Positions 27,497-39,866 are shown, counted from the first letter of the stretch. The stretch is DNA of 64,000 nucleotides from a candidate division WOR-3 bacterium (GCA_965648915.1 CBFGIV010000002.1:85711-149710), one strand, 5' to 3'. Notes: generated by a model not told the origin, from the letters alone. Numbers and translations are program-made.

Positions 27497-29989
27497 ATGA
27501 AGCTGAAGCGACCGATCAGAGAACTCTCCTATAAAAAGTTGCGGTGGCGTTGTGACCCGCAGAGTTTAAAATTTGAAACAACCCGTGATCTTGATGTAAC
27601 ACGGGAGATAATCGGTCAGGAACGGGCAATCAATGCTATAAAACTTGGTCTTGAGGTCGAGCACGAAGGTTATAACATATTTGTCACGGGTATGGTGGGC
27701 ACGGGGCGCACCACGACAATTGGTGAACTCCTGAAGGAACTGGAAAAGAAAGAAGGTAGACCCGGTGATATCTGTTATGTGAACAATTTTAAGAATCCCG
27801 ATATGCCCAAAGCAATTTTTCTAAAGGCGGGTGAGGGAGTAAGATTTAAACGTGATATGGATGGTCTGGTGGAAAATTTAAAAAAGAGGATACCGGCGGT
27901 TTTTGAAAGTGAGTATTATATTAATCGGCGGAAATCGATCATTGAACAGTTCGAAGAGAAATCAAAGGTGAAATTTAAAGAGTTTGAAAAAAAGGTTCAG
28001 CAGGAAGGTTTCGCCATAATTCGCACACAATTAGGAATTTATGTAAAATCGGATCTGGTTCCGGTTTTTGAAAATAACCCGGTCTCCCTCGATCAGCTCG
28101 AACAGTTGATGGAACAGGGTAAACTGACAAAAGAGAAGTTTGAAGAGATTAAAAAAAGGCAGAATGAACTGGAAGAGGAGTTGAGGGCAATTTTTAAAGA
28201 GGCAAAGAACATCGAGCGAGAGATTAACGAGGCCTTGAAGCAATTGAATAATCAGGTCATCACTCCGATTATTGATGATTTAATTGGTGATATTAAAATA
28301 AAGTATAATATCCCGAAGGTGAATGCTTATCTCGATGAAGTTGCTCAGGAAGTAATTGGCAATCTTGAGCGATTTATTGAGAAAGAAGAACCGCCCGCAC
28401 CATTTCCAATACCGAAGGTTGAAGATAAATTTGTTGATTTTCAGGTAAATGTTCTGGTTGATAATTCCGAAACCAAAGGACCACCTATAATTACCGAGAC
28501 TTCGCCCAACTATCGGAATCTCTTTGGGACGATCGAAAGAGTTGTTGACCGGATGGGTGGGATCAGAACCGATTTTACCAAAATTAAGGCTGGTTCACTC
28601 CTGCGGGCCAATAATGGTTTTCTTATCCTCAATGCCTTAGACGTTCTGATGGAACCCGGTCTCTGGCAGGCACTGAAAAGGACCCTGCGCAATGGTGTTA
28701 TCGATATTCAGACTTACGATCCGTTCTATATCTTTGGCACGACTGCCCTCAAACCCGAGCCGATCCCCTGCACTGCCAAGGTTGTTATGATTGGTAATGC
28801 CTATCTCTATTCCATCCTTTATCATTATGATGAAGACTTTAAGAAGATATTTAAAGTCAAAGCCGATTTTGATAATGTTATGCCCAACACTCCTAAGACC
28901 CGGAACCAATACGGAGACTTTATATGTTTTATCTGCAAAGAAGAGGGTCTTTTACATTTCGACCGAACTGCGGTTGCCGAGGTTATCGAATATGGTGCAC
29001 GTATTGCCGGTCGTAAGAATAAATTGACCACCCGGTTTCATATTATTGCCGATATCTTAAGGGAGGCAAGTTACTGGGCGAAAAAAGATAATGCCCGATT
29101 TGTCTCAAGTAAATATGTGGAAAAAGCGATTGAGGAATGGGTGGAACGGGTCAGCCTGGTTGAGGATAAAATCTCCGAGATGATAAAAGAAGGGACGATA
29201 ATGATTGATACCAGGGGCAGGGAGATTGGACAGGTCAATGGGCTGTCGGTCTACACAACCGGGGAGTATTCCTTTGGTAAACCTACCCGGATAACCGCCA
29301 AGACCTCAATGGGCAGGGCAGGAATTATCAATATAGAACGGGAAGCCGATTTAAGCGGTCCCATTCATAATAAAGGCGTTCTGATTCTATCTGGGTATCT
29401 GCGCTGGAAATACGGACAGAATAAGCCACTGGTAATGACCGCCAGCCTCTGTTTCGAACAATCCTATGGTGAAGTGGAGGGTGACAGTGCATCATCGACC
29501 GAGGTCTACGCAATACTCTCGAGTCTGGCGAATGTCCCATTACGTCAGGATATTGCGGTAACCGGTTCGGTAAACCAGAAAGGGGAGATTCAACCAATTG
29601 GTGGCGTGAATCAGAAGATCGAAGGTTTTTTTGATGTCTGTAAAGCAGCCGGGTTGACCGGCAAGCAGGGGGTAATGATCCCCTACCTCAATATTCCTGA
29701 TCTGATGTTGAAAAAGGATGTGGTTGACGCGGTACGCCAAGGGAAGTTTCATATCTACCCGGTAAAGACGATCGATGAAGGGATTGAAATCCTTACCGGG
29801 ATGAAAGCAGGAAAAAGGCTGAAAAATGGTCAGTTTGAGAAGGATTCGATTAATTATCTGGTTGATAAAAGGTTACGAGAACTGGCTGAGAACTGGCAAA
29901 AGTTTAGCGGTGAGGAAGAGAAGGAACCCGAAAGCAAGAAGTTAACAAAAGTTAGAAGAGATCCGAATAAAAGATCGGTAAGCAGATAG
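27497..29989 (+). CDS. Lon-like ATP-dependent protease (lon_rel/LonC-type: AAA module with coiled-coil insertion + S16 protease domain)
   Basis: Walker A GMVGTGRTT; long Glu/Lys-rich coiled-coil insert; C-terminal S16 fold with GDSASS (Ser) and KIEG (Lys) dyad candidates; a -10 TATAAT and AAAGGAG SD lie upstream. Confidence 0.75.
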   Translation: MKLKRPIRELSYKKLRWRCDPQSLKFETTRDLDVTREIIGQERAINAIKLGLEVEHEGYNIFVTGMVGTGRTTTIGELLKELEKKEGRPGDICYVNNFKNPDMPKAIFLKAGEGVRFKRDMDGLVENLKKRIPAVFESEYYINRRKSIIEQFEEKSKVKFKEFEKKVQQEGFAIIRTQLGIYVKSDLVPVFENNPVSLDQLEQLMEQGKLTKEKFEEIKKRQNELEEELRAIFKEAKNIEREINEALKQLNNQVITPIIDDLIGDIKIKYNIPKVNAYLDEVAQEVIGNLERFIEKEEPPAPFPIPKVEDKFVDFQVNVLVDNSETKGPPIITETSPNYRNLFGTIERVVDRMGGIRTDFTKIKAGSLLRANNGFLILNALDVLMEPGLWQALKRTLRNGVIDIQTYDPFYIFGTTALKPEPIPCTAKVVMIGNAYLYSILYHYDEDFKKIFKVKADFDNVMPNTPKTRNQYGDFICFICKEEGLLHFDRTAVAEVIEYGARIAGRKNKLTTRFHIIADILREASYWAKKDNARFVSSKYVEKAIEEWVERVSLVEDKISEMIKEGTIMIDTRGREIGQVNGLSVYTTGEYSFGKPTRITAKTSMGRAGIINIEREADLSGPIHNKGVLILSGYLRWKYGQNKPLVMTASLCFEQSYGEVEGDSASSTEVYAILSSLANVPLRQDIAVTGSVNQKGEIQPIGGVNQKIEGFFDVCKAAGLTGKQGVMIPYLNIPDLMLKKDVVDAVRQGKFHIYPVKTIDEGIEILTGMKAGKRLKNGQFEKDSINYLVDKRLRELAENWQKFSGEEEKEPESKKLTKVRRDPNKRSVSR

Positions 29990-30015
29990 AAAGGAAAAAG
30001 CCAAGGAGATGTTGG

Positions 30016-30843
30016 GTGAAGCGAATAATACTTTTATTTAATTTTGTTAACAGCCTGCTGCTTGGTGATGTTCTTTTGGAACAGGTCTTAAGGGCCGATG
30101 GTTTTATGGGAACCGCGACCAGTGAGATCCGATCCAAGACTCTGGTGCACGGCGACAGGTTAAGGGTTGATACCAGGATAAAGATTTGCGGACTTACTTC
30201 AGGTAAGATTGAGCAGAAGCAGGTAACGATTATCCAGCTTGATAAAGAGAAGGTCTTGAATTTGGATCCCAAGACTAAAACCTATCGCGAAACAGATTTT
30301 TCTGAACTGAGAGAAAAAGCAGGGCATCTTAAGTCCCGGATTCAGCCCCGGAGCAGCCCGGCAATTGAAATTATAAAAAAGGACGAAACAAAAAGAATGG
30401 TCGGCCATAACTGCAAGCATATAATTGTTAAGATGAAGACCAGAATAAGTGATCCGGAGACCGGTGAACCCATCAAAGGCGTCTTGAAGAATGATATGTG
30501 GATTTCCGATCTTTTTAAGGAGGCAGAGGTCCTTGTGAATTTTAATAAAAGATTTGCTGATGCAACCGGGATCCCGGCATTACAGCAGGATATGATGCGG
30601 GAGTTTGGCATCGATACCTATGAATATGCTCAATTTGAAGAGACGATCAGGGCGATAAAAGGTTTTCCCATCTATACATTAGTGAGTATAGAGTCGGAGG
30701 AATTGAACCAGGAAGGTCGGGGATATGTCTTCTTTTCCGCGGTCAACGAGATCAAGAAGATATCCCCGGTGCAGACAGGTGCTGGTGAGTTTGAAATTCC
30801 GAAGGGTTATAAAAAGATAGAAGATAATGGTAAGATCTATTGA
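30016..30843 (+). CDS. Hypothetical secreted protein (possibly DUF4412-like)
   Basis: Signal peptide; no catalytic motif. Confidence 0.4.
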   Translation: MKRIILLFNFVNSLLLGDVLLEQVLRADGFMGTATSEIRSKTLVHGDRLRVDTRIKICGLTSGKIEQKQVTIIQLDKEKVLNLDPKTKTYRETDFSELREKAGHLKSRIQPRSSPAIEIIKKDETKRMVGHNCKHIIVKMKTRISDPETGEPIKGVLKNDMWISDLFKEAEVLVNFNKRFADATGIPALQQDMMREFGIDTYEYAQFEETIRAIKGFPIYTLVSIESEELNQEGRGYVFFSAVNEIKKISPVQTGAGEFEIPKGYKKIEDNGKIY

Positions 30844-30890
30844 TTGCAGATTAGCGGTTATAGCATAGGCTGACCGGTTTTAAGATTGTT

Positions 30891-32282
30891 ATGTTTATTC
30901 TATTAACTTTTTTGATCAATATCAATATTGAGGCAATCAGTCAGTCTCTGGTAGATCCGATCCTTGAGAGTTCTCACACCGGCATCTGTATCTACTCTCT
31001 CAAAAAAGATCGTCTGGTCTTTGAACATAATGGGGCAAAACTTTTTGTGCCGGCGTCCAACCAGAAGATTTTAACCACTGCGGCTGCACTCCATTATCTG
31101 GGTGGTGAATTTCGTTATATCACAAGGTTAAAGATGCGGGGAGAAATCCAGGCGTCGAGCCTGCTTGGTGATCTGATCCTTGTCGGTAGCGGTGATCCAT
31201 CCATCAAGGATTATTCATTTCTCGAAAGGTGGGCAGATATTGTGAAGAATCTTGGGGTCCATACCATAATTGGCAGTATCATTGTTGATGATCGGGTGTT
31301 TTCTAATGAACGATTGCCTGAAGGCTGGGCCTGGCACTATCTCGATGCCCGTTATGGTGCAGAGATTTCAGGATTCTCTTTCAATGGTAACGTTGTTAAG
31401 GTGACGGTTAAACCAGGTAATAAGATCAATGATACCGCTCAGGTAATACTTGATCCCCAGACCCAATATGTTAAGATCAAAAATAATCTAATTACGGTGG
31501 AGAGTCTTAATGGTAATACTATCAGTCAAGAAATAAATATCTATCGTGAGCCCGAAGCCAATATTATTCATCTTGAAGGTGCGGTGGCAAAGAATTTTAA
31601 GGGGAGGACCTATGAGATTGCGGTAAAGGATCCAGCTCTGTTTGCTGGTTACTATTTTAAGGAATTGCTGGAACGGAGAGGGATTAGAGTTTATGGTTAC
31701 CCAAAAAGGGTTGATACACTTACAGCTAACTTTGGTCACGCCGAGCGTCAATTAGACAGTATTATCTCCTGTTCGATGAAAGAGATTGTTAAAGAGACTA
31801 ACAAAGAGAGCAAGAACCTGTTTGCGGAGAACCTCCTGAAATCGATCGGGTATTACAGAGAAGGCAATGGCAGTTATAAAAACAGTAACAGCCTTATCAG
31901 AAAGTTCCTAGTCGAGGTCGGGGGCGACACCAGTGGTGTTTATCCAGTAGACGGTTCTGGCCTCTCAAGGCATAATCTCCTCTCACCTTATAATCTCGTA
32001 GTCGTCTTAAGGTATATGTATCTCTCAGCCCATCGTGATGATTTTTATGAGAGCCTGGCCCGGCCGAATGAAGGGACACTTTTCGGTCGACTTTTGAGAT
32101 TAAGAAACTCCCTGCACGCCAAGACAGGAACCTTAAAATGGATTTCCTGTATCTCCGGTTATATCGAAAATTCTACTGATAATGATACCTATGCCTTTTC
32201 GATTATGGTGAACAATTTTACGGGAACGGTTCGGGATATAAATCGATGGCAGGAGCGGATCATTGAGGCAATGCAGGAGTGA
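30891..32282 (+). CDS. dacB: D-alanyl-D-alanine carboxypeptidase/endopeptidase (PBP4, peptidase S13)
   Basis: FVPASNQKILTTAAAL (SxxK), LVGSGDPS and KTGTL (KTG) motifs. Confidence 0.75.
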   Translation: MFILLTFLININIEAISQSLVDPILESSHTGICIYSLKKDRLVFEHNGAKLFVPASNQKILTTAAALHYLGGEFRYITRLKMRGEIQASSLLGDLILVGSGDPSIKDYSFLERWADIVKNLGVHTIIGSIIVDDRVFSNERLPEGWAWHYLDARYGAEISGFSFNGNVVKVTVKPGNKINDTAQVILDPQTQYVKIKNNLITVESLNGNTISQEINIYREPEANIIHLEGAVAKNFKGRTYEIAVKDPALFAGYYFKELLERRGIRVYGYPKRVDTLTANFGHAERQLDSIISCSMKEIVKETNKESKNLFAENLLKSIGYYREGNGSYKNSNSLIRKFLVEVGGDTSGVYPVDGSGLSRHNLLSPYNLVVVLRYMYLSAHRDDFYESLARPNEGTLFGRLLRLRNSLHAKTGTLKWISCISGYIENSTDNDTYAFSIMVNNFTGTVRDINRWQERIIEAMQE

Positions 32283-32293
32283 TATTAGTTAGA

Positions 32294-33781
<1,488 letters not shown>

Positions 33782-33875
33782 TTAAATGAAAATAATCAAC
33801 CAATTTTTAGTGCTAACCTATTATAAGTCAATTTTTTTGATAAGTCAATACAATTCAACATTTGATTACAAATTA

Positions 33876-36800
33876 TTAAAGGTTTAACAAGAAGTTCAGA
33901 TTGTAAAACGCAATAAAGTTTTCCGGATCGAGGAGAAGGACTTTTTTGAACTCATTTGCTGCATCTTTTTTCTGTCCGAGGTTAGCGTAGACACCTCCCA
34001 GATTAATTCTGATATCGACTCTTAACGGATTTAGTATTAAAGCCTTCTTCAGATAAAAACTGGCTTTAAGGTTATTTTTTGTAGCTGCATAGATTGTGCC
34101 CAGTTTATATAATGCGTCGATATTAGATTCATTCAATTCAACCGAGCGAGTTAAAGATTTAATTGCTTTAGAAGTATCGCCCAGGATAAAGTGACAATAA
34201 CCAAGTTTCTCATAAATCGTTGAATTTAATGAGTCGATGGCAAGGCTCTGATAACATTCGGCGATTGCTTCGGAGTGAAGATTGTTTTCGATAAGGACAT
34301 TAATCAGATCGCAGCGATAATTGATATTGGTCGGTGCCAGCCTAATTGCCCTGTGGTATAGGTTAATGGCTTCATATCGCTTGTTCTGGAGTTCATATGT
34401 CTTGGCCAGCGCATAAACAATCTCGGCATTTTCAGGATCGAGGTTTAGTGCCCGGTTAAAATCCTCAAGTGCCAAAAAAATAAGATTGTTATTTCGGTAA
34501 ATTATACCCCGGCCGAGATATGCCTGGGCAAGTGTTGAATCTAATGCCAGAGCATTGTTAAATTCCATTTCTGCTTGATTGGTAATGCCTGCAAGTAGAA
34601 AATATTTCCCATCATAGTATCTAATAAGGGCACGCTGTTCTGGCAAAAGATTATCGAAGAGAGTCTTCTGATAACTCCGGATGTATTGATCGTTGAGCAG
34701 AGATGTTTCAGCATAAAGGCTCCGCGGCGCTGAAAACTCGAGGATAGGGAGATCATCAGAGTTGATCATTCCGTCTTTGACAAACTCCCGGACATCCTTA
34801 GAATTGAGAACCAGACAGCTGAGCAGGGAGTAAACATTTTCGATATTGACCGATTTTAAGTCTGCATAGATCCCGGGACGTTTTATTTTTTGATCAATCT
34901 GTTCAAGATTTAGATTGATCTCCTTAAAAGATCCAATAAGGAGGTAATCGGCCGTTCGTCCGGTAGACCAGATGGTAACATAAGGAAAGACAGATTGGAA
35001 AGTCTTTATAACCATCTGGAAGTCAGCCGGCGAAAGGCTGTAACCCTGAAGCCATTGACAGATCAATCCGTCCTTTTTCAATTTTCTTGCACAGATCTGG
35101 TAAAATTCTCTGGAAAATAGATTGGCGATACCAGCCATCCAGGGGTTGGACGGTTCGGTACTGATTACATCATACTTTTTAGGCGTGGCTAAAAGGTAGT
35201 TACGGCCATCCGCCGTTATGATCTTATCTCTTTGGTTATTAACGACATTATGATTCTCTTTATGAAAGAATTTTGCGCCTTCAATTACTGCCTCCTCAAT
35301 CTCAGCACATTCAACATTGGGTGCTCCGTAGTTCACACAGGCGCCCATAGTTACACCACTGCCCAGGCCTAAGATAAAAACATCCTTTGGATCGGGATGA
35401 AGGATCATCGGCAAATAACCACTTAGGACCTGAGTAATCATATCGCTTGCGCTACTGGCATCTGTTTTACCATTGATGTTTAGGGCGATGTGGTTTTCCG
35501 TTTTGATAACCGCCACATTGCAATTTATCCCTTCGCGATAATATAGTAATTTCCGGGACTGAAGGAATTCTTCCATAGTGATAACTTTCTGCATCGATAG
35601 ATATTTCCATGGACGAAACGAGATACCGGCATTCATAACCATCTTATTCCATTTCTTCCCCTGTATGATTAAAAGAAGGCCTATGATTACGACCATCCCA
35701 TTAAATATAAACTTTGCTCTTAATCGAAGTTGGTGACTAGTGAAGATAACAACAATTGCCACCAGGATGTTGAGTAGAACCGCTGTCTGGATTGCAGACT
35801 GAGCACCAATTAATGGTAACAGGAAAAAGCCGGTCAGGGCTGAGCCGATGATGCAGCCCAGTGTATTGATTGAATATGCCTGACCGATACGATTACCCAG
35901 TATATTTAAATCATCAACCAGGATTCTGGTGACGATCGGGAAGGAAGCACCAAAGAGCAGAGCGGGTATAATCATTACAAGAAAGCAGAGCAAAAATTGA
36001 ATGGCCTGGAGAAATCCATAATTGTTTGGAAAGAGTTGATAGAGCCTGACAAAATAGGTCGGCAGGCGGTCGAAGAGAGGCATTAGGAGGAGAACCGAAA
36101 TGCCGATGCCAGTTTCAATAAAACCAAAGAATTGATAGGGCACTCTTTTTTCGCCCCAGATCAATGAAAATAGCAAGCTGCCCGCGGCAATGCCGAAAAT
36201 AAATGCGACGAGCATGGTGCTGAAGGCGTAGATTGAACTGCCGATCGAAAGAGCCAGTGATCGGGTCCAGGCTACTTCGTAGACCATCGATGTGAAACCT
36301 GACAGACCAAAGCCTAAAAGGATTATCCACCCCGCATAGCTTATTTTTGATGGTTGCTTGGTGTCTAAGTCTCTTTCCTCCCTTTCCTTTTTAGTCAAGA
36401 GTATAAGGTGTTGGTCGAAGATAAAACATAAAGCTCCAATTCCGATATTCAAAACTGCAGCGATCAAGATCAAACGATGCACGCCCATTATCGGTAAGAG
36501 AAAATAGCCAGCCATTAAGATGCCAATGACTGCACCAAAGGTATTTATAGCATAGAGAAAACCAACAAGTTTACCAACGCTTTCAGCCCTTTTGATAAAG
36601 AATCTGGACATCAGCGGCAGGGTTCCACCCATCATGGTTGTTGGCGTGATGAGCAATATGAGACATAGAAAGAAAAGAAATATATTATAGGCAAAAGAGA
36701 ATTGCCAGTTTCGGGCAACACTCAAATATAGGGGTTGCACAATTTTAAATAAAAACGGAGTCACCAGAGCATATAATCCAGTGCCAATCTCTAATAGTGA

Positions 36801-37049
36801 ATAACCACGAAGTGGCCTTTTAATCCGATCGGCAATCTTACCAAATACCAGACTGCCTAAGGCGAGGCCGCCCATAAATGCAGAAAGGACAGTACTGGTG
36901 GCAAAGGCGGTCGAACCGAATATCAGGGTGAGCATCCTGGTCCAGAGTATCTCATAGATCAGGCCAGCGCAACCTGAGAAGAAGAAACAGATAAAGACGG
37001 CGATCAGTATCTGTTTTATTTCATCCTGGGTTTTCTTTTCTGAAGACAT
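33876..37049 (-). CDS. Fused MFS-like membrane domain / spermidine synthase-like (PABS) domain protein with C-terminal TPR repeats
   Basis: About 14 predicted TM helices in the N-terminal ~450 aa; then VFILGLGSGVTMGA SAM-binding-like motif and PABS-like body; C-terminus has about 6 TPR units. Confidence 0.6.
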   Translation of the reverse strand: MSSEKKTQDEIKQILIAVFICFFFSGCAGLIYEILWTRMLTLIFGSTAFATSTVLSAFMGGLALGSLVFGKIADRIKRPLRGYSLLEIGTGLYALVTPFLFKIVQPLYLSVARNWQFSFAYNIFLFFLCLILLITPTTMMGGTLPLMSRFFIKRAESVGKLVGFLYAINTFGAVIGILMAGYFLLPIMGVHRLILIAAVLNIGIGALCFIFDQHLILLTKKEREERDLDTKQPSKISYAGWIILLGFGLSGFTSMVYEVAWTRSLALSIGSSIYAFSTMLVAFIFGIAAGSLLFSLIWGEKRVPYQFFGFIETGIGISVLLLMPLFDRLPTYFVRLYQLFPNNYGFLQAIQFLLCFLVMIIPALLFGASFPIVTRILVDDLNILGNRIGQAYSINTLGCIIGSALTGFFLLPLIGAQSAIQTAVLLNILVAIVVIFTSHQLRLRAKFIFNGMVVIIGLLLIIQGKKWNKMVMNAGISFRPWKYLSMQKVITMEEFLQSRKLLYYREGINCNVAVIKTENHIALNINGKTDASSASDMITQVLSGYLPMILHPDPKDVFILGLGSGVTMGACVNYGAPNVECAEIEEAVIEGAKFFHKENHNVVNNQRDKIITADGRNYLLATPKKYDVISTEPSNPWMAGIANLFSREFYQICARKLKKDGLICQWLQGYSLSPADFQMVIKTFQSVFPYVTIWSTGRTADYLLIGSFKEINLNLEQIDQKIKRPGIYADLKSVNIENVYSLLSCLVLNSKDVREFVKDGMINSDDLPILEFSAPRSLYAETSLLNDQYIRSYQKTLFDNLLPEQRALIRYYDGKYFLLAGITNQAEMEFNNALALDSTLAQAYLGRGIIYRNNNLIFLALEDFNRALNLDPENAEIVYALAKTYELQNKRYEAINLYHRAIRLAPTNINYRCDLINVLIENNLHSEAIAECYQSLAIDSLNSTIYEKLGYCHFILGDTSKAIKSLTRSVELNESNIDALYKLGTIYAATKNNLKASFYLKKALILNPLRVDIRINLGGVYANLGQKKDAANEFKKVLLLDPENFIAFYNLNFLLNL

Positions 37050-37088
37050 ATTTTTAACCTCCGTTATTATTGATAAAATAGTCTATGA

Positions 37089-38174
37089 TTATGAGCGAAA
37101 TTTCCGTAATTTTAAACTTTTTACTACCTGTTGATAATCAGGCAGAATTACCTTACCCTGAGCCCGGTCGTAAATATAAATATCATCCAGGGGGTGAGGT
37201 GGAATCGTTTCGATGAATCTACTCTTTAATAAATCATTAAGATCTTCGGGAAAGGTATTTTTTGCTGCTTTATAAGCAATTAATCTCTGGTTAATAATTC
37301 TAACATTCATTTCGAGGAGATCATAGAGTAGTGTCGAATTTAATACCTGACCACTGTCTTGAATAAAATAGAGACCGCCGAAAGGTTCCTCAGGGATTAT
37401 GGGTATAACCTTTTTATCAACCAGTTCAGATAGTTGTCGGGGATAGGAGTGGTATTTCTTGTAATATTCGTCAACGGCTTTGCTTAAAACTTCCATATCT
37501 TCTTCAATCTGAATGTAATTCAATGAGCGGCGAGCCAACTTTTGACGAGATGGTGTGGTCGCGGAGAGTTCAATCTTTTTCCAGAGATCGCGTGCCGCCG
37601 AACGATTTCCGGCTTTACGATAGGATTGGGCAGCAAAACGGATGGATCGCCCCATAATACCTTCATTGAGATATGCAAGATAGAAGTATTTGGCGGCGCG
37701 CTGGTAATTGTAGGTTATTGTGTAATTTATAAAACCAATGTCGAACGGTAATTCATACCTTTGAGGATTTTGATACATTCCCCGAAGGAGTAATTGAATC
37801 GCCCTTTCTGGCTGATTGAGGTCCTCTGAGATCAACAATCCACCAAACCGATAGCCGTTAATAAAGAATGGATCGAGCACGGTCAGGATGTCGAATATAT
37901 GGGGTAACCAATAGAAATTCAAATCGGTAAGGATATGTTGGCCATAATACTGGATGGCTTTTAACCAGACAAAGTCGGCAAGGGTCGTTTCATAATCACA
38001 GGCCATAATCTTAAGAAGACGACCTGAAGGGAAATATCTCATCTCAAAAAGAGTTTGATCAGGAGTTGATTTATAGAAGTCGAGCGCCAGATGGAAATTG
38101 TGCAGGCAGATGGCACTGACAATTATGAGAAGAAAAGGTATGATACGATAGAATTTAATTCTAATTTTGTTCAT
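37089..38174 (-). CDS. Hypothetical N-terminally membrane-anchored protein (operon partner of the ABC-2 transporter)
   Basis: Start moved to internal ATG 38174, directly after the upstream stop; one N-terminal TM helix, remainder helical and repeat-like. Confidence 0.4.
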   Translation of the reverse strand: MNKIRIKFYRIIPFLLIIVSAICLHNFHLALDFYKSTPDQTLFEMRYFPSGRLLKIMACDYETTLADFVWLKAIQYYGQHILTDLNFYWLPHIFDILTVLDPFFINGYRFGGLLISEDLNQPERAIQLLLRGMYQNPQRYELPFDIGFINYTITYNYQRAAKYFYLAYLNEGIMGRSIRFAAQSYRKAGNRSAARDLWKKIELSATTPSRQKLARRSLNYIQIEEDMEVLSKAVDEYYKKYHSYPRQLSELVDKKVIPIIPEEPFGGLYFIQDSGQVLNSTLLYDLLEMNVRIINQRLIAYKAAKNTFPEDLNDLLKSRFIETIPPHPLDDIYIYDRAQGKVILPDYQQVVKSLKLRKFRS

Positions 38175-38175
38175 C

Positions 38176-38937
38176 CTAAAGGTCTTTTTTCTCAAAAATG
38201 ATAACGGCGATTGATAAAAGAATGATAATATATGCAATAGTATAGGCTGAGACGAAGATAAGCCACTGGTTGGTAATTGGTAGATTATGGACAAACTCAG
38301 TTTTGCTGTTTAAGTAAGAAAGGTTGGGAAGAATATAATAGAATAGGGTTGATAGATCTTTCAAGATTAGGGATTTGGCAATCTGGGCGAAGGCAAGGAG
38401 ATCCTGTGTAAAATGGCCAATAAAATATATTGCAAAAGTAAAGATACCGCTACCGATTGGCGTTGTGAAGGTTGAAAGGAGAATGGCGATTGCGGCGATC
38501 AAGAGCAATTCAAGAAGAATGAAGTAGATGGTTTTGGGGAGATTTAAGGTTAAAGGATATTTAAATATGAGCGAATAGACGACAAAACCCGCGGTAAGGA
38601 CAAGTACGACGATTAGCAACGCAAGAGATATGCCTAGATACTTACCAAGGATAAATTGCCAGCGCTGAACCGGTTTGGGTAGTATGGTGTAGATGGTTTT
38701 GCGTTTGATTTCGTCGTAGACAAGCCGGGTCCCAATGATAATAGCAATCAGGATGCCGAATATTGAGATGGCGGAAGTCCCGATGTCACGGACAATTCTT
38801 AAATCTTCATCGAGGGATAGAGGGGCAATGAGCTTGGAACTTAAAATAATCAGAAGACCAAAGATAATGATTGCATAAAATGTTCGGTCCCTTAATATCT
38901 CTTTAGTCGTATTGATTGTTATAGCTACTATCTTCAT
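38176..38937 (-). CDS. ABC-2 family transporter permease
   Basis: 6-TM 253-aa protein, translationally coupled to the ATPase. Confidence 0.65.
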   Translation of the reverse strand: MKIVAITINTTKEILRDRTFYAIIIFGLLIILSSKLIAPLSLDEDLRIVRDIGTSAISIFGILIAIIIGTRLVYDEIKRKTIYTILPKPVQRWQFILGKYLGISLALLIVVLVLTAGFVVYSLIFKYPLTLNLPKTIYFILLELLLIAAIAILLSTFTTPIGSGIFTFAIYFIGHFTQDLLAFAQIAKSLILKDLSTLFYYILPNLSYLNSKTEFVHNLPITNQWLIFVSAYTIAYIIILLSIAVIIFEKKDL

Positions 38938-39866
38938 CGATTCTTGAGCACTTGAGTGATAAAGTGTTCTTCAAGGGTTTTAGTATGGGGTTGGAGACTG
39001 ATCAGACGACCACCCAATTCTCTTATTTTATCCACTGCCTGATCTGCATCATCCGGGGTTGAAAAGATAAATTGTATCTCTTTACCAAATTGATTAACAT
39101 AAGTAGCACTTCTTCCGACAATCTCGATACCGTCCTCGGTCAAGCCGATTGCGGTTACCTCGATCGATTCGATACTCTGCTTGAGGAGTTCATCAACGTG
39201 ACCGACTGATGCCAATCTACCGTTTAACAGAATACCGACCCGATCACATATAACTTCCACATCGGGCAGGATATGGGTTGAGAAGAAGACGGTCTTACCC
39301 TTCTTTTTCATTTCCAGCATTATATCTTTTACATCTTTTCGACCCAGAGGATCGAGGCCTTCCATTGGTTCATCAAAGATTAAAAGGTCGGGATCGTTGA
39401 TCAATGCCTGGGCAATACCGAGACGCTGGACCATCCCCTTGGAATATTTAGAGATCAAAAGGTCACCAGCATCTTTTAAACCTACTTTTGCTAAGGATTC
39501 CTCAATAAACTTTCTCTTATCCTGACAATGGATATTGTGGACCTGAATGCAGAAATCGAGGAATTCGGAACCGGTAAGATGGGCATAGAAGTAAGGGTGC
39601 TCAGGTAAATATCCTGTCTTTTTTCTGATTGATATGTCTGTGACGGGCCTATCGAATATAAATGCCTGACCCGAGGAGGGAAAGATGAGGCCGGTAAGTA
39701 TCTTTATTGTTGTTGTCTTGCCCGCACCGTTAGGCCCTAAAAAACCAAAGATTTCACCCGGTTCGATAGTCAGGCTGAGATCTTCCAGTGCCCGAATCTT
39801 ACGCCGGGTCATCTGGGTGCGAAAGTATTTGGAGAGGTTTCTAATCTCGATTGCAAATCTATTCAT
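38934..39866 (-). CDS. ABC transporter ATP-binding protein
   Basis: Walker A GPNGAGKTTT, signature LSKGMVQRL, Walker B LLIFDEP. Confidence 0.88.
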   Translation of the reverse strand: MNRFAIEIRNLSKYFRTQMTRRKIRALEDLSLTIEPGEIFGFLGPNGAGKTTTIKILTGLIFPSSGQAFIFDRPVTDISIRKKTGYLPEHPYFYAHLTGSEFLDFCIQVHNIHCQDKRKFIEESLAKVGLKDAGDLLISKYSKGMVQRLGIAQALINDPDLLIFDEPMEGLDPLGRKDVKDIMLEMKKKGKTVFFSTHILPDVEVICDRVGILLNGRLASVGHVDELLKQSIESIEVTAIGLTEDGIEIVGRSATYVNQFGKEIQFIFSTPDDADQAVDKIRELGGRLISLQPHTKTLEEHFITQVLKNR

